NCBI GenBank assembly: GCA_018657845.1
Contig: JABHWJ010000020.1
Coordinates: forward strand, 190-64,189
DNA: 64,000 bases
Direction of reading: 5' to 3'
DNA from: Candidatus Woesearchaeota archaeon
GTDB lineage: Archaea > Nanobdellota > Nanobdellia > Woesearchaeales > GW2011-AR9
Shown here piece after piece: positions 52,662 to 61,084 of this stretch. Below the pieces are notes generated by a model. It saw nothing but the letters and a program-made list of their open reading frames with translations, was not told the DNA's origin and made no database searches. Both the position numbers and the translations under genes were made by a program. Within the stretch, counting starts at the first letter, position 1. Every line of letters starts with the position of its first letter.

Positions 52662-53600
52662 ATGTCAATGAAAAAGAAGGTGTTTAAGGTAATTTTGTTA
52701 GTAATCGTTTTAATTTTAATAGCTTCTTGTGGATTCAAACCAAGTACTGGAGAAACTCCTCAAGAAACTTCAGTTATTCTAAAACAAGTTCAGACTGGAA
52801 CTCAAGGAATTGTAGCAAATTTCGTTCCTAATTATCCTCCTCCAGATATGTATGACATTACAGAACTTTTAGTTTTAGCAGAAATAAAAAACAAAGGAAA
52901 TTATGACCTTGAACCTGGAGCCTGCCATATTCATTTAACTGGATATGCTGACCAAATCATTAAAGGTATGCCTACTTATCTTCCTTGTGGAATGATTGAA
53001 GGAAAAGACATCCACAACTTAGAAGGAGGATTCAATCAATTAGAATTTCGCTCCAGTAACATAAAACTTCCTCCAAAATTATTTGATTATCATGCTCCTT
53101 TAAATTTATTAGCTTGTTATAAATATCAAACTGTTGCTAACCCTCAAGTCTGTGTCGAGAATAACCTCTACCAGATTGCTTCCGAACAAAAAGCTTGTAT
53201 TGTTAAAGATGTTTCTGGAGGTGGTGGCCAAGGAGCTCCACTCGGAGTAAGTTATGTCAGACCCCAAATGGCTGGTAGTAAAGCAATCTTTGAAATATCT
53301 ATTCAAAACTTTGGTACTGGAAAAGTTCTTTCTCCAACTATTGGCACTCACCAATGTGCTAAAGACCTCACCTATAAAGACTATGATTTAGTTGCTTATT
53401 CCGTTAAATTATCTGGAGTAAATAACCTCCTCTGTAAACCCCAAGGATTCCTTCGTCTTTACAATGGTCAAGGAAAAATTATTTGTTCTGCCATCGTCCC
53501 TAACACTCCTGCCTATGAAACTCCCATTACAATTACCTTAGATTATAATTATATGGAATCCATTCTTAAAACTATTCAGATCATTAAAACACCAGAATAA
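52662..53600 (+). CDS. Lipobox protein, paralog 2
   Basis: Lipobox is LILIASC/GFK. The blocks LLVLAEIKNKGNYDLEPGACHIHLTG and GAPLGVSYVRPQMAGSKAIFEISIQNFGTG are present. It has its own upstream cttatataac TATA. Confidence 0.65.
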   Translation: MSMKKKVFKVILLVIVLILIASCGFKPSTGETPQETSVILKQVQTGTQGIVANFVPNYPPPDMYDITELLVLAEIKNKGNYDLEPGACHIHLTGYADQIIKGMPTYLPCGMIEGKDIHNLEGGFNQLEFRSSNIKLPPKLFDYHAPLNLLACYKYQTVANPQVCVENNLYQIASEQKACIVKDVSGGGGQGAPLGVSYVRPQMAGSKAIFEISIQNFGTGKVLSPTIGTHQCAKDLTYKDYDLVAYSVKLSGVNNLLCKPQGFLRLYNGQGKIICSAIVPNTPAYETPITITLDYNYMESILKTIQIIKTPE

Positions 53601-53685
53601 GCAGAAAATTTATATATCTTAAATAATTCTATTCTCTATTAAAATAAAATTTAAAATAAAACTTAAATTAAAAGAGGCGATTGTT

Positions 53686-54594
53686 ATGAAAAAATATATT
53701 TTACCAGTTCTAGTATTGGGGCTAATGTTACTTGTTGCTTGTGAGGGGGGAGAAGATCCAGTCACAAACGGAGGAGCATTTATCGGAGGAACAGATGGAT
53801 TACTTGCTTCCTTTGAACCATTAAGTGTACTTGACGATGGAGTTTACACTATTTTTGATACAGAAGACTTTCCTTTAGAAGTTATTCTTAACAATAAAGG
53901 AGAACAAACTCTTGTTGCTGGAGAAGTTACTCTTAAATTACTTGGCCCAGCCAAACCAGACTTTGACGGAATTTCCTCATGGGAACTTCAAAACAACGAA
54001 GAAATTGAGAAAATTTCTGAATTCAATCCTTCTGGGGGAGAAGAAGTTATTTCATTTACTCCTAACGCTTATGCTAAATACAAAAGCGAAGTTATTGGTT
54101 ACACAGACATAACTTGGAATCTTGAATATGATTACAATTATAAAACATATTTAATTGTTAATGATGTTTGCTTTAAAGAAGACACCACCGATCCAAAAGT
54201 TTGTACAGTAAAAGAAGCTAAAACTTTCTCTGTATCTTCCGCACCAATTACTGTGACTAGTGTAGAAGAAGACGCTGGAGGAAAAGGAATTATTTTAGTT
54301 AAGGTTGCTATTAGTAACGCTGGAACTGGACAATCCACTAACCCGGGTGAAGAATTTGACCTTAGATTTGATCAAGTTTCTTATGTAATTGATGAACCAG
54401 AACTTTGGGAATGTAAATCTGGTGGTCGAGAAGGAGAAGCTCGTCTTGTTGACGGAACTGCAGAAGTTATTTGTAGATTAAAAGAACCATTGGCAGAAGG
54501 AGAAATCTACACTAAGCCAGTTAAGCTAACTTTTGAGTATGTCTATAAAGAACTTATTCAAGAAAAGTTAAGAGTTAAAGAAAGCGCAGAATAA
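53686..54594 (+). CDS. Lipobox protein, paralog 3
   Basis: Lipobox is MLLVAC/EGG. The blocks FPLEVILNNKGEQTLVAGEVTLKLLG and SAPITVTSVEEDAGGKGIILVKVAISNAGTG are present. It has its own upstream atttatatatc TATA. Confidence 0.65.
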   Translation: MKKYILPVLVLGLMLLVACEGGEDPVTNGGAFIGGTDGLLASFEPLSVLDDGVYTIFDTEDFPLEVILNNKGEQTLVAGEVTLKLLGPAKPDFDGISSWELQNNEEIEKISEFNPSGGEEVISFTPNAYAKYKSEVIGYTDITWNLEYDYNYKTYLIVNDVCFKEDTTDPKVCTVKEAKTFSVSSAPITVTSVEEDAGGKGIILVKVAISNAGTGQSTNPGEEFDLRFDQVSYVIDEPELWECKSGGREGEARLVDGTAEVICRLKEPLAEGEIYTKPVKLTFEYVYKELIQEKLRVKESAE

Positions 54595-54622
54595 GTTTTT
54601 TAATTTCTTTTTTTTATATTTT
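54595..54622 (+). terminator. Oligo-T tract terminator candidate after the surface cluster
   Basis: T6 (54596-54601), T8 (54608-54615) and T6 (54619-54624) follow the stop codon directly. Archaeal RNAP terminates at oligo-T. Confidence 0.4.
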
Positions 54623-55162
54623 TTAAGAAAGTTCTCTTTTTAGAATTTTATGAGCATTATTTATTTTTTTGAACTTTTCTATAGAACCGCCCAAAACATC
54701 AGGGTGATATGTTTTAGCCATTTTTTTATAACTTTGATTAATTATTTCTAAATCATTACAATCTTCTTCAACTCCCAAAAGTTCCCTCGCTTCTTTACGT
54801 TTTTCTTCAACGTTTTCATCTTCAGAAAAATCAATAATAAACTGCTTAACCGTCTTTTCTTCATTAAGCACAGCATTAATTTCCCCTTCAATTACTTTAA
54901 GCACCACATAAAGATTTTCAACAAACTTTCTAGATTGATTATAACTATAATAAAGACGCTCACCGTTTAAGTACCAAAAAGCAAACGCACGTCCTCTTTT
55001 ATACGCAACTGGTTGCAAATGTACTTCCACATCATCTTCAGTTAACCCTAGTTTCTTAAGCAAAGAGAGAATACTGTTTTTATATTGTATTGCTCTCCTA
55101 TCAAACGAATCTCTGACTAGCGGAGCGTTAAATTCATGTCCCTTCACTGTGATTTTAGCCAT
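54623..55162 (-). CDS. Protein with C-terminal J-domain (DnaJ-like, HPD motif) and unknown N-terminal domain
   Basis: The C-terminus DLEIINQSYKKMAKTYHPDVLGGSIEKFKKINNAHKIL has J-domain helices II-III with HPD. Confidence 0.7.
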   Translation of the reverse strand: MAKITVKGHEFNAPLVRDSFDRRAIQYKNSILSLLKKLGLTEDDVEVHLQPVAYKRGRAFAFWYLNGERLYYSYNQSRKFVENLYVVLKVIEGEINAVLNEEKTVKQFIIDFSEDENVEEKRKEARELLGVEEDCNDLEIINQSYKKMAKTYHPDVLGGSIEKFKKINNAHKILKRELS

Positions 55163-55314
55163 TTTTCTTTATGATTACATCAAAATCGACCGTTTGTTTA
55201 TAAATCTAAGTGAAAAAATGAGATTAAACACCCAATAAGAACATTAACTAGTAAAATATCTTGACTTATATTAAACATCAAATGATTCCCGAAGATTTAC
55301 TTTTTCTAGATTCA

Positions 55315-56078
55315 TTATGAATACTGCATTATAAAGTCCACAATTGAACCAGTTACTTTTTCAAATTCCCCTGGCCCTTTAAAAAAATGATCGGCATTTT
55401 CAATAACTTCTAATTTACAAATGGGAATCAAAGAAGTGGTTTTCTTGCTTTGTTCTATGGGAACTGTGATATCTTTGTCTCCATGAACAATTAAAGTAGG
55501 GGTCTTGATTTTTCTATAATTCTCATAATTACCATTATAAGTTTCAGCATCCTCAAAGAAAGAATAGTTTAGTTTTATTTTTCCTTTTGGGCCACTAAGA
55601 TAATTAATAAATCCATTTTCTTTCCAATTATTAATCTCTTCTTTACTTTTTTGAGCAATAAGTTTTCCGAGATAATCAGAAACGGGGGCTTTAAGTGCTA
55701 AAACAAACAAGTCTTCAGTTTTAGAAGCAGCAACCAAACTAGCCATCCCTCCAAAACTACTACCAACTAAACCAATTTTAGTATAATCTTTTTCTTTTAG
55801 GAATTTAATTGCAGAAAGAACGGCAGCTACTGCTAAAGAAATAGTGGTATCTGCAAACTCGCCTTCACTTTCACCATGACCATAAAAATCAAAACGAAAA
55901 GTAGAAATATTTTTTTGTTTAAAGATTCTTGTAAAGCAACATAAGTCCTACTATTTTTACTAGAACTAAAACCATGACATAAAATAATTATTGGTTTGTC
56001 TTTATTTCCTGTAGGGTTTGATAAGATTCCAGAAAGTTTGTTTCCCATATTATCCACAAAAGATATTTTTTCTTCCAT
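55315..56078 (-). pseudogene. Alpha/beta-fold hydrolase interrupted by a frameshift in an A7 tract (T-run 55910-55916 on + strand)
   Basis: Frame 1 (56078 down) reads ...PIIILCHGFSSSKNSRTYVALQESLNKK and then becomes nonsense. Re-reading one A gives NISTFRFDFYGHGESEGEFADTTISLAVAAVLSAIKFLKEKDYTKIGLVGSSFGGMASLVAASK..., continuous and in frame with track ORF 55315..55746 (verified codon by codon). The GSSFGG nucleophile elbow and C-terminal ENADHFF are present. Confidence 0.8.
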
Positions 56079-57040
56079 TATCTACTTCCAACCAATAAAA
56101 CAAAAGCTAAAAAACTCTCTAACTGTACATACTCATCAGAACCTTCTACCATTCTAAATTCAATTTCTCCACATTTATCCACTAATTCCACTTTCTTACG
56201 ATCTTCTAACTCCAGGTTCCATATTTCTCTTTGAATCTGTTTGATTACATCCAATCCACTTAAACCATAATCCAACATCAAAGATAATAACTTCTTTCTA
56301 GAATCTAAAAAATCTCCTTTAGCAGCCACTTCTAAAATTTCCTTAACCTCTTTTGGTTTAGCCACAGAAGCCATTGAATACACATTCTCTGCAGTTATTA
56401 CATTATTTGATCCAGTTGCACTACAACTCTGCATCACGTTCTCTAATCGCCTACAATCTCCTTCTGTGACTTCAAATAAAGCTTTCTTTGCTTCTTCATC
56501 AATCTGTAAATTCTCCTCACTGGCAATCTTATTGATCATTTCAAAAATATTTTCTTCACTCAACGGCTTAAATCTAAACACTGCACATCTTGATTGAATC
56601 GGATCAATTATTTTAGAAGAATAATTACAACTCAAAATGAACCGACAAGTCCTAGTATAATTCTCCATCGTACGACGAAGTGCCTGTTGAGCTTCTTTAG
56701 TCAAAGCATCACTTTCATCCAAGTAAATTAATTTAAAGGGAACATTACCAATAGATTTGGTTCTCGCAAAATCTTTAACTTTAACCCTAACTACATCTAT
56801 TCCTCTTTCATCAGAAGCATTTAACTCAAGAACATTTTGTTTCCAATTTTCACCAAATAATTCTTTGGCAATAACTAAAGACAAAGTAGTTTTTCCTACA
56901 CCTGCAGGCCCAGAAAATAACAAATGAGGCATACTTCCAGTACTAACAAAAGCCTTAACTTTAGAAACTATTTCTTCCTGGCCCTTAACTTCTCCAAAAG
57001 TTTGTGGCCTATATTTCTCAGTCCAGATAGCTGAATCCAT
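56078..57040 (-). CDS. rfcS: Replication factor C small subunit
   Basis: WTEKYRPQTFGEVKGQEEIV, LLFSGPAGVGKTT, IYLDESDALT and SRC-type CRFILSCNYSSKIIDPIQSRC are RFC boxes. Confidence 0.93.
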   Translation of the reverse strand: MDSAIWTEKYRPQTFGEVKGQEEIVSKVKAFVSTGSMPHLLFSGPAGVGKTTLSLVIAKELFGENWKQNVLELNASDERGIDVVRVKVKDFARTKSIGNVPFKLIYLDESDALTKEAQQALRRTMENYTRTCRFILSCNYSSKIIDPIQSRCAVFRFKPLSEENIFEMINKIASEENLQIDEEAKKALFEVTEGDCRRLENVMQSCSATGSNNVITAENVYSMASVAKPKEVKEILEVAAKGDFLDSRKKLLSLMLDYGLSGLDVIKQIQREIWNLELEDRKKVELVDKCGEIEFRMVEGSDEYVQLESFLAFVLLVGSR

Positions 57041-57103
57041 AATAATTTCACAACAACGCTACTTTATAAGTTTTACCTGTCTACAAACAACTCATCCTAA
57101 TTC

Positions 57104-58156
57104 CTAATCCTTCTTCAAATGAATTGTCCTAGTAGGGAATGCTATCTCAATTCCTTCTTTAACTAAAGTCTGATAAATCTTCTCAGTCGCTTCTAACCAT
57201 TTAGAATAAGCATCATCCCAATCTACCCAAAACCGAGCTTGGAATTCTAGACTAGAATCTCCCATTTTAACAAAAATAACATCCATATATGGATCATCAT
57301 AAATATCTTGAATTTTCTTTAACGCTGCAAGAACAACAGTCTTAACTCTTCCAATATCTGCTCCATAAATTACTCCAAATTCAACAATTTTACGCACCCT
57401 AGTATTGGGTTCAACATAATTCCTAATCTTCATGTTTGCTAATTGTCCGTTAGGAACAAATAATATTTCTGCATTATAAGTTTTTATTTTAGTACTTCTT
57501 AACCCAATATCTTGTACAACGCCTAAATCACCACTTTCTAATCTTATTGGATCTCCTACCTTAAAATTCTTATCTACCAGAATAGAGATCCCACCAAAAA
57601 CATTTTTTAATGAATCTTGTAATGAAAAACCCAACACTATTCCTAAAATTCCTGCCCCCGCTAAATAAGGGGTTATGTTTATTTCCCATATTCTCAAAAT
57701 CCACAAAATTCCAATAATTATAAACACCACTTTCACAATCTTATGAAACAGAGGCAATAAAACATCATCCAAGTTACTTTTAGTTTTTTTAGCAATGGTC
57801 TCTCCCCAAACATCAATAATTACGTCCGCAGTCTTAGATATAATCAACACAAACACAATTGCCATCAAAGAATTAACTAATTTATTTACAATCCCGTTGA
57901 TACCTAAATTTAATATCGCTAATTTCAAACCCAATGCAAGAATAAAATAAAACAATGGATTCTTAATATTTTCAAAAATCAAGTCATCAACTTTAGTTTT
58001 AGTCTTTTCGGCCCATTTTTGTAAATATTTTCCAAAGATCCACAGGGTTATTGCCCCCAAGAATCCCATAATAATCAAAATCAACAGAGATTGAACATAC
58101 ACATTATTTATGTAAGGAACTCCTTCCGTCAAACCCAATAATCTATCTATAATCAT
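57104..58156 (-). CDS. Small-conductance mechanosensitive channel (MscS family)
   Basis: N-terminal TM helices precede the MscS core GFSLQDSLKNVFGGISILVDKNFKVGDPIRLESGDLGVVQDIGLRSTKIKTYNAEILFVPNGQLANMKIRNY. Confidence 0.88.
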   Translation of the reverse strand: MIIDRLLGLTEGVPYINNVYVQSLLILIIMGFLGAITLWIFGKYLQKWAEKTKTKVDDLIFENIKNPLFYFILALGLKLAILNLGINGIVNKLVNSLMAIVFVLIISKTADVIIDVWGETIAKKTKSNLDDVLLPLFHKIVKVVFIIIGILWILRIWEINITPYLAGAGILGIVLGFSLQDSLKNVFGGISILVDKNFKVGDPIRLESGDLGVVQDIGLRSTKIKTYNAEILFVPNGQLANMKIRNYVEPNTRVRKIVEFGVIYGADIGRVKTVVLAALKKIQDIYDDPYMDVIFVKMGDSSLEFQARFWVDWDDAYSKWLEATEKIYQTLVKEGIEIAFPTRTIHLKKD

Positions 58157-59937
58157 TTTTTATTCAAGCTTTTCTTAGCAAAATCATTTAATTCTATATG
58201 TACTTCTTTGAGCTCTTTCTGATCAACAACCAAAGGACAACCATCCATCAGATTTTCTGCAGACTTTGATTTTGGAAACGCAATCACTTCTCGAATATCT
58301 TCTGTCCCACACATTAAAGCCACCAATCTATCAAATCCTAAACCAAATCCTGCGTGAACCGGCCCACCATAACGATACGCCTCCAAAAGAAATCCAAATT
58401 TATCCTTTGCTTCTTCTTTACTCATCCCAATAACCTTCATCATTCTCTCTTGAATTTCTACATTACTATTCCTTATCGAACCAGAGTAAAGTTCAGTTCC
58501 ATTCAAAACTAAATCATATAGCTGTCCGTAAACTTTAGACGGATCTTTTTCTAAATACTTTAAATCTCCTTCTCGAGGAGCAGTAAAAATATGATGCATT
58601 GGATCCCATTTTTCCTCATCTGAGTTCCATTCAAATAAAGGAAAATCAGTGATAATACAAAAATTAAATTCTTTCTCATTAATTAAATTTAGTTCTTGTC
58701 CTAATCTTTGTCTCACCCTACTCAAAGTACCATTAGTAACTTTAACAGAATCTCCAACTAAGAAAATCATATCTCCTTCTTTTGCTCCTAATGTTTTAAT
58801 CAATTCCTTTTGAATCTTCTCAGAGAAAAATTTGGCGACATTACTTTCTAATACTCCTTTACTAACTTTCATCCAGACCATTCCTCCGGCCCCACAACTT
58901 CTAGCATAATCTAAATAAGTATCAATCTTCTTTCTACTAAACTCTCCTCCTCTAGGAACAAGAATTCCTTTAACAATCCCTTTGTTCTTAGCCACTTCTT
59001 TAAAAACCTTGAACTCTCCTCCTTTAACAATGGAAGTGACATCCTTTAGTTCCAAACCAAACCTTAAATCTGGTTTATCATTTCCATATCTTAACATGGA
59101 TTCATCGTAAGTCATTCGTAAAAAAGGAGTTTTTAATTTAACATTCAAAACTTTCTTAAATATTTGTTCCATTAATTCTTCAGTCAACTCAAAAATATCT
59201 TCTTGTTCTGCAAAACACATTTCCACATCTAATTGTGTATGTTCTGGCTGCCTATCTGACCTTAAATCTTCATCCCTTAAACATCGAGGGAATTGAAAAT
59301 ATCTATCAAAACCGGCCACCATCAAAATTTGCTTATATAACTGTGGACTTTGAGGAAGAGAATAAAATTTTCCTGGATGAACTCTTGAAGGAACAATGTA
59401 ATCTCTCGCCCCTTCGGGAGTTGGTTTAATTAACATTGGCGTTTCAATCTCCAAAAAATCCCTAGCTGATAAAAATTCTCTTGCTACTTGCATAGTTTTA
59501 TGTCGAATTACAAACTTTTCTTGTACAGAAGGTCTTCTCAGATCTAAATACCTATACTTCATCCTTGTATCTTCGCCAGAAGGTTTTCGATCATCTATTT
59601 CTATTGGAGGAACCTCTGATTTATTGAATACTTTTAATTCTGAAACAATTACTTCTATTTCTCCAGTTTTTAACTTAGGATTAGCCATCCCCTTTGTTCT
59701 AGACCTAACTGCTCCTTTAGCCTGGATTACATCTTCTCTCCTTAACTTATCAGCCATCTTGTGGACTTCTTTATTATGAGAAGGATCAAAAACTATTTGG
59801 GTCAACCCATATCTGTCTCTTAAGTCAATAAAAATAACTCCTCCGTGATCTCTTCGCGAGTGTACCCACCCACATAAAGAAACTTTTTTCTTTAATTCCT
59901 TCTTGCTTAATTCTCCACAAGTGTTTGTTCTTAACAT
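58153..59937 (-). CDS. aspS: Aspartyl-tRNA synthetase, long bacterial-type form (594 aa, with GAD-like insertion)
   Basis: MLRTNTCGELSKKELKKKVSLCGWVHSRRDHGGVIFIDLRDRYGLTQIVFDP matches the bacterial AspS N-terminus. Class II motifs are present (FRCLRDEDLRSDRQPEHTQLD, GFGLGFDRLV). Length and the insertion fit the bacterial type, not the archaeal ~430-aa type. Confidence 0.9.
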   Translation of the reverse strand: MLRTNTCGELSKKELKKKVSLCGWVHSRRDHGGVIFIDLRDRYGLTQIVFDPSHNKEVHKMADKLRREDVIQAKGAVRSRTKGMANPKLKTGEIEVIVSELKVFNKSEVPPIEIDDRKPSGEDTRMKYRYLDLRRPSVQEKFVIRHKTMQVAREFLSARDFLEIETPMLIKPTPEGARDYIVPSRVHPGKFYSLPQSPQLYKQILMVAGFDRYFQFPRCLRDEDLRSDRQPEHTQLDVEMCFAEQEDIFELTEELMEQIFKKVLNVKLKTPFLRMTYDESMLRYGNDKPDLRFGLELKDVTSIVKGGEFKVFKEVAKNKGIVKGILVPRGGEFSRKKIDTYLDYARSCGAGGMVWMKVSKGVLESNVAKFFSEKIQKELIKTLGAKEGDMIFLVGDSVKVTNGTLSRVRQRLGQELNLINEKEFNFCIITDFPLFEWNSDEEKWDPMHHIFTAPREGDLKYLEKDPSKVYGQLYDLVLNGTELYSGSIRNSNVEIQERMMKVIGMSKEEAKDKFGFLLEAYRYGGPVHAGFGLGFDRLVALMCGTEDIREVIAFPKSKSAENLMDGCPLVVDQKELKEVHIELNDFAKKSLNKK

Positions 59938-60007
59938 AAGTTCTTTTTATTCATATATTTTATATAAATGTTACTGCTTCTGAAACACCAAAAACATTAA
60001 ATATTTC

Positions 60008-60217
60008 TTGTTATTTCTAGTAACTATGGAATTGATTACTTTATTAATTGTTATCTGCATTGCAATAGGCGTAGTAATCTTAGGAAGCCTATTTTCTTAT
60101 GTCTTAAGGTTCCTCTTCTATGCCCTTTTAGTGAGCTTAGCTGCAGTCTTCTTATTTGGCGTTTCTTTCTCAGAACTCATTGAATTCGTCAAGAACTTGG
60201 TCTTTTTAGCTTTCTAA
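60008..60217 (+). CDS. Small two-TM membrane protein, unknown function
   Basis: A hydrophobic 69-aa ORF, possibly starting at MELITLL (60026). No motif recognised. Confidence 0.4.
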   Translation: MLFLVTMELITLLIVICIAIGVVILGSLFSYVLRFLFYALLVSLAAVFLFGVSFSELIEFVKNLVFLAF

Positions 60218-60268
60218 ATTCTTCAACTCACCGTAACATTTAAAACCTTTAATTCTTTTCTGCAGAAC

Positions 60269-60631
60269 ATGGGACTATTTGGTAAATTATTTCATAGGCA
60301 CAAAGAAGATGACTTATTTGGAGATAAATCTTTTGGAAAAGATACCTTAGGATTACAAAGTTCTTCTCCGTTTCCAGAATCTACTCCTGAACCAACAACT
60401 CCAGATCCTTTTGCTTCTACAGAACCATCTCATCCGATGACTTCTGAGTCTGCTTCCCCTTTCGCTCAACCAACAACCCCTCAATTAACTCAACCAGGTA
60501 CAATGGACCGTGACTTAGAATTAATTAATAGTAAACTTGATACTCTTAAAGCCATTCTTACTTCTATAGATCAAAGGATTGCTCAATTAGAAAAAGCCGC
60601 CGGTATTGAAGAAAAAAAGTTGCCATGGTAA
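60269..60631 (+). CDS. Hypothetical protein: N-terminal amphipathic MGLFGKLF, P/T/S-rich disordered middle, C-terminal coiled coil
   Basis: ORF overlaps the lspA start by 7 nt. The C-terminus is DLELINSKLDTLKAILTSIDQRIAQLEKAAG. Confidence 0.5.
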   Translation: MGLFGKLFHRHKEDDLFGDKSFGKDTLGLQSSSPFPESTPEPTTPDPFASTEPSHPMTSESASPFAQPTTPQLTQPGTMDRDLELINSKLDTLKAILTSIDQRIAQLEKAAGIEEKKLPW

Positions 60632-61059
60632 AAAAATATCCTCAGTTAACTCTTTTCACAATTATAACCTTAGTAATAATTCTTCTTGACCAACTCACAA
60701 AATATATCATCTTAAAATTCCAACCAAATCTAAACCTAAAAATTCTTTCCATTCAATTTATCCAAAACACTGGTGCGGGATTCGGAATCTTCAAAGGACA
60801 AACATTCATCCTAGCAATTATCTCTTTAATTGTTGCAATAGTCATCCTCGCTTATTACAAAAGAATCCCTAAAGAAAACATTCCTCAAGTTCTAGTTGCC
60901 CTATTACTCGGAGGAACCCTAGGCAACATGATTGACCGATTCTTCCGTGGCTATGTAATTGATTTCCTTAACTTCCACTTCTGGCCAGCCTTCAACATTG
61001 CTGACGCTGCCCTATCGATCTCAGTAATCGGATTAATCATTTACTTCTGGAAGAAATAA
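60625..61059 (+). CDS. lspA: Lipoprotein signal peptidase (signal peptidase II, LspA; A8 aspartyl protease)
   Basis: The conserved LspA boxes appear in order: DQLTK, IQNTGAGFGIF, GGTLGNMIDRFFRGYVIDFL and WPAFNIADAALSISVIGLII. The protein has four TM helices and is 144 aa. Confidence 0.88.
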   Translation: MVKKYPQLTLFTIITLVIILLDQLTKYIILKFQPNLNLKILSIQFIQNTGAGFGIFKGQTFILAIISLIVAIVILAYYKRIPKENIPQVLVALLLGGTLGNMIDRFFRGYVIDFLNFHFWPAFNIADAALSISVIGLIIYFWKK

Positions 61060-61084
61060 AATTTATAAAAAAGAAATAAAAAAA

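Noticed and set aside
55747-55832. An apparent 86-nt intergenic gap between two short minus-strand ORFs.
   Set aside because: It is not intergenic. It translates in frame with the downstream ORF as the central part of a single alpha/beta hydrolase (…LKEKDYTKIGLVGSSFGG…). See the frameshift finding.
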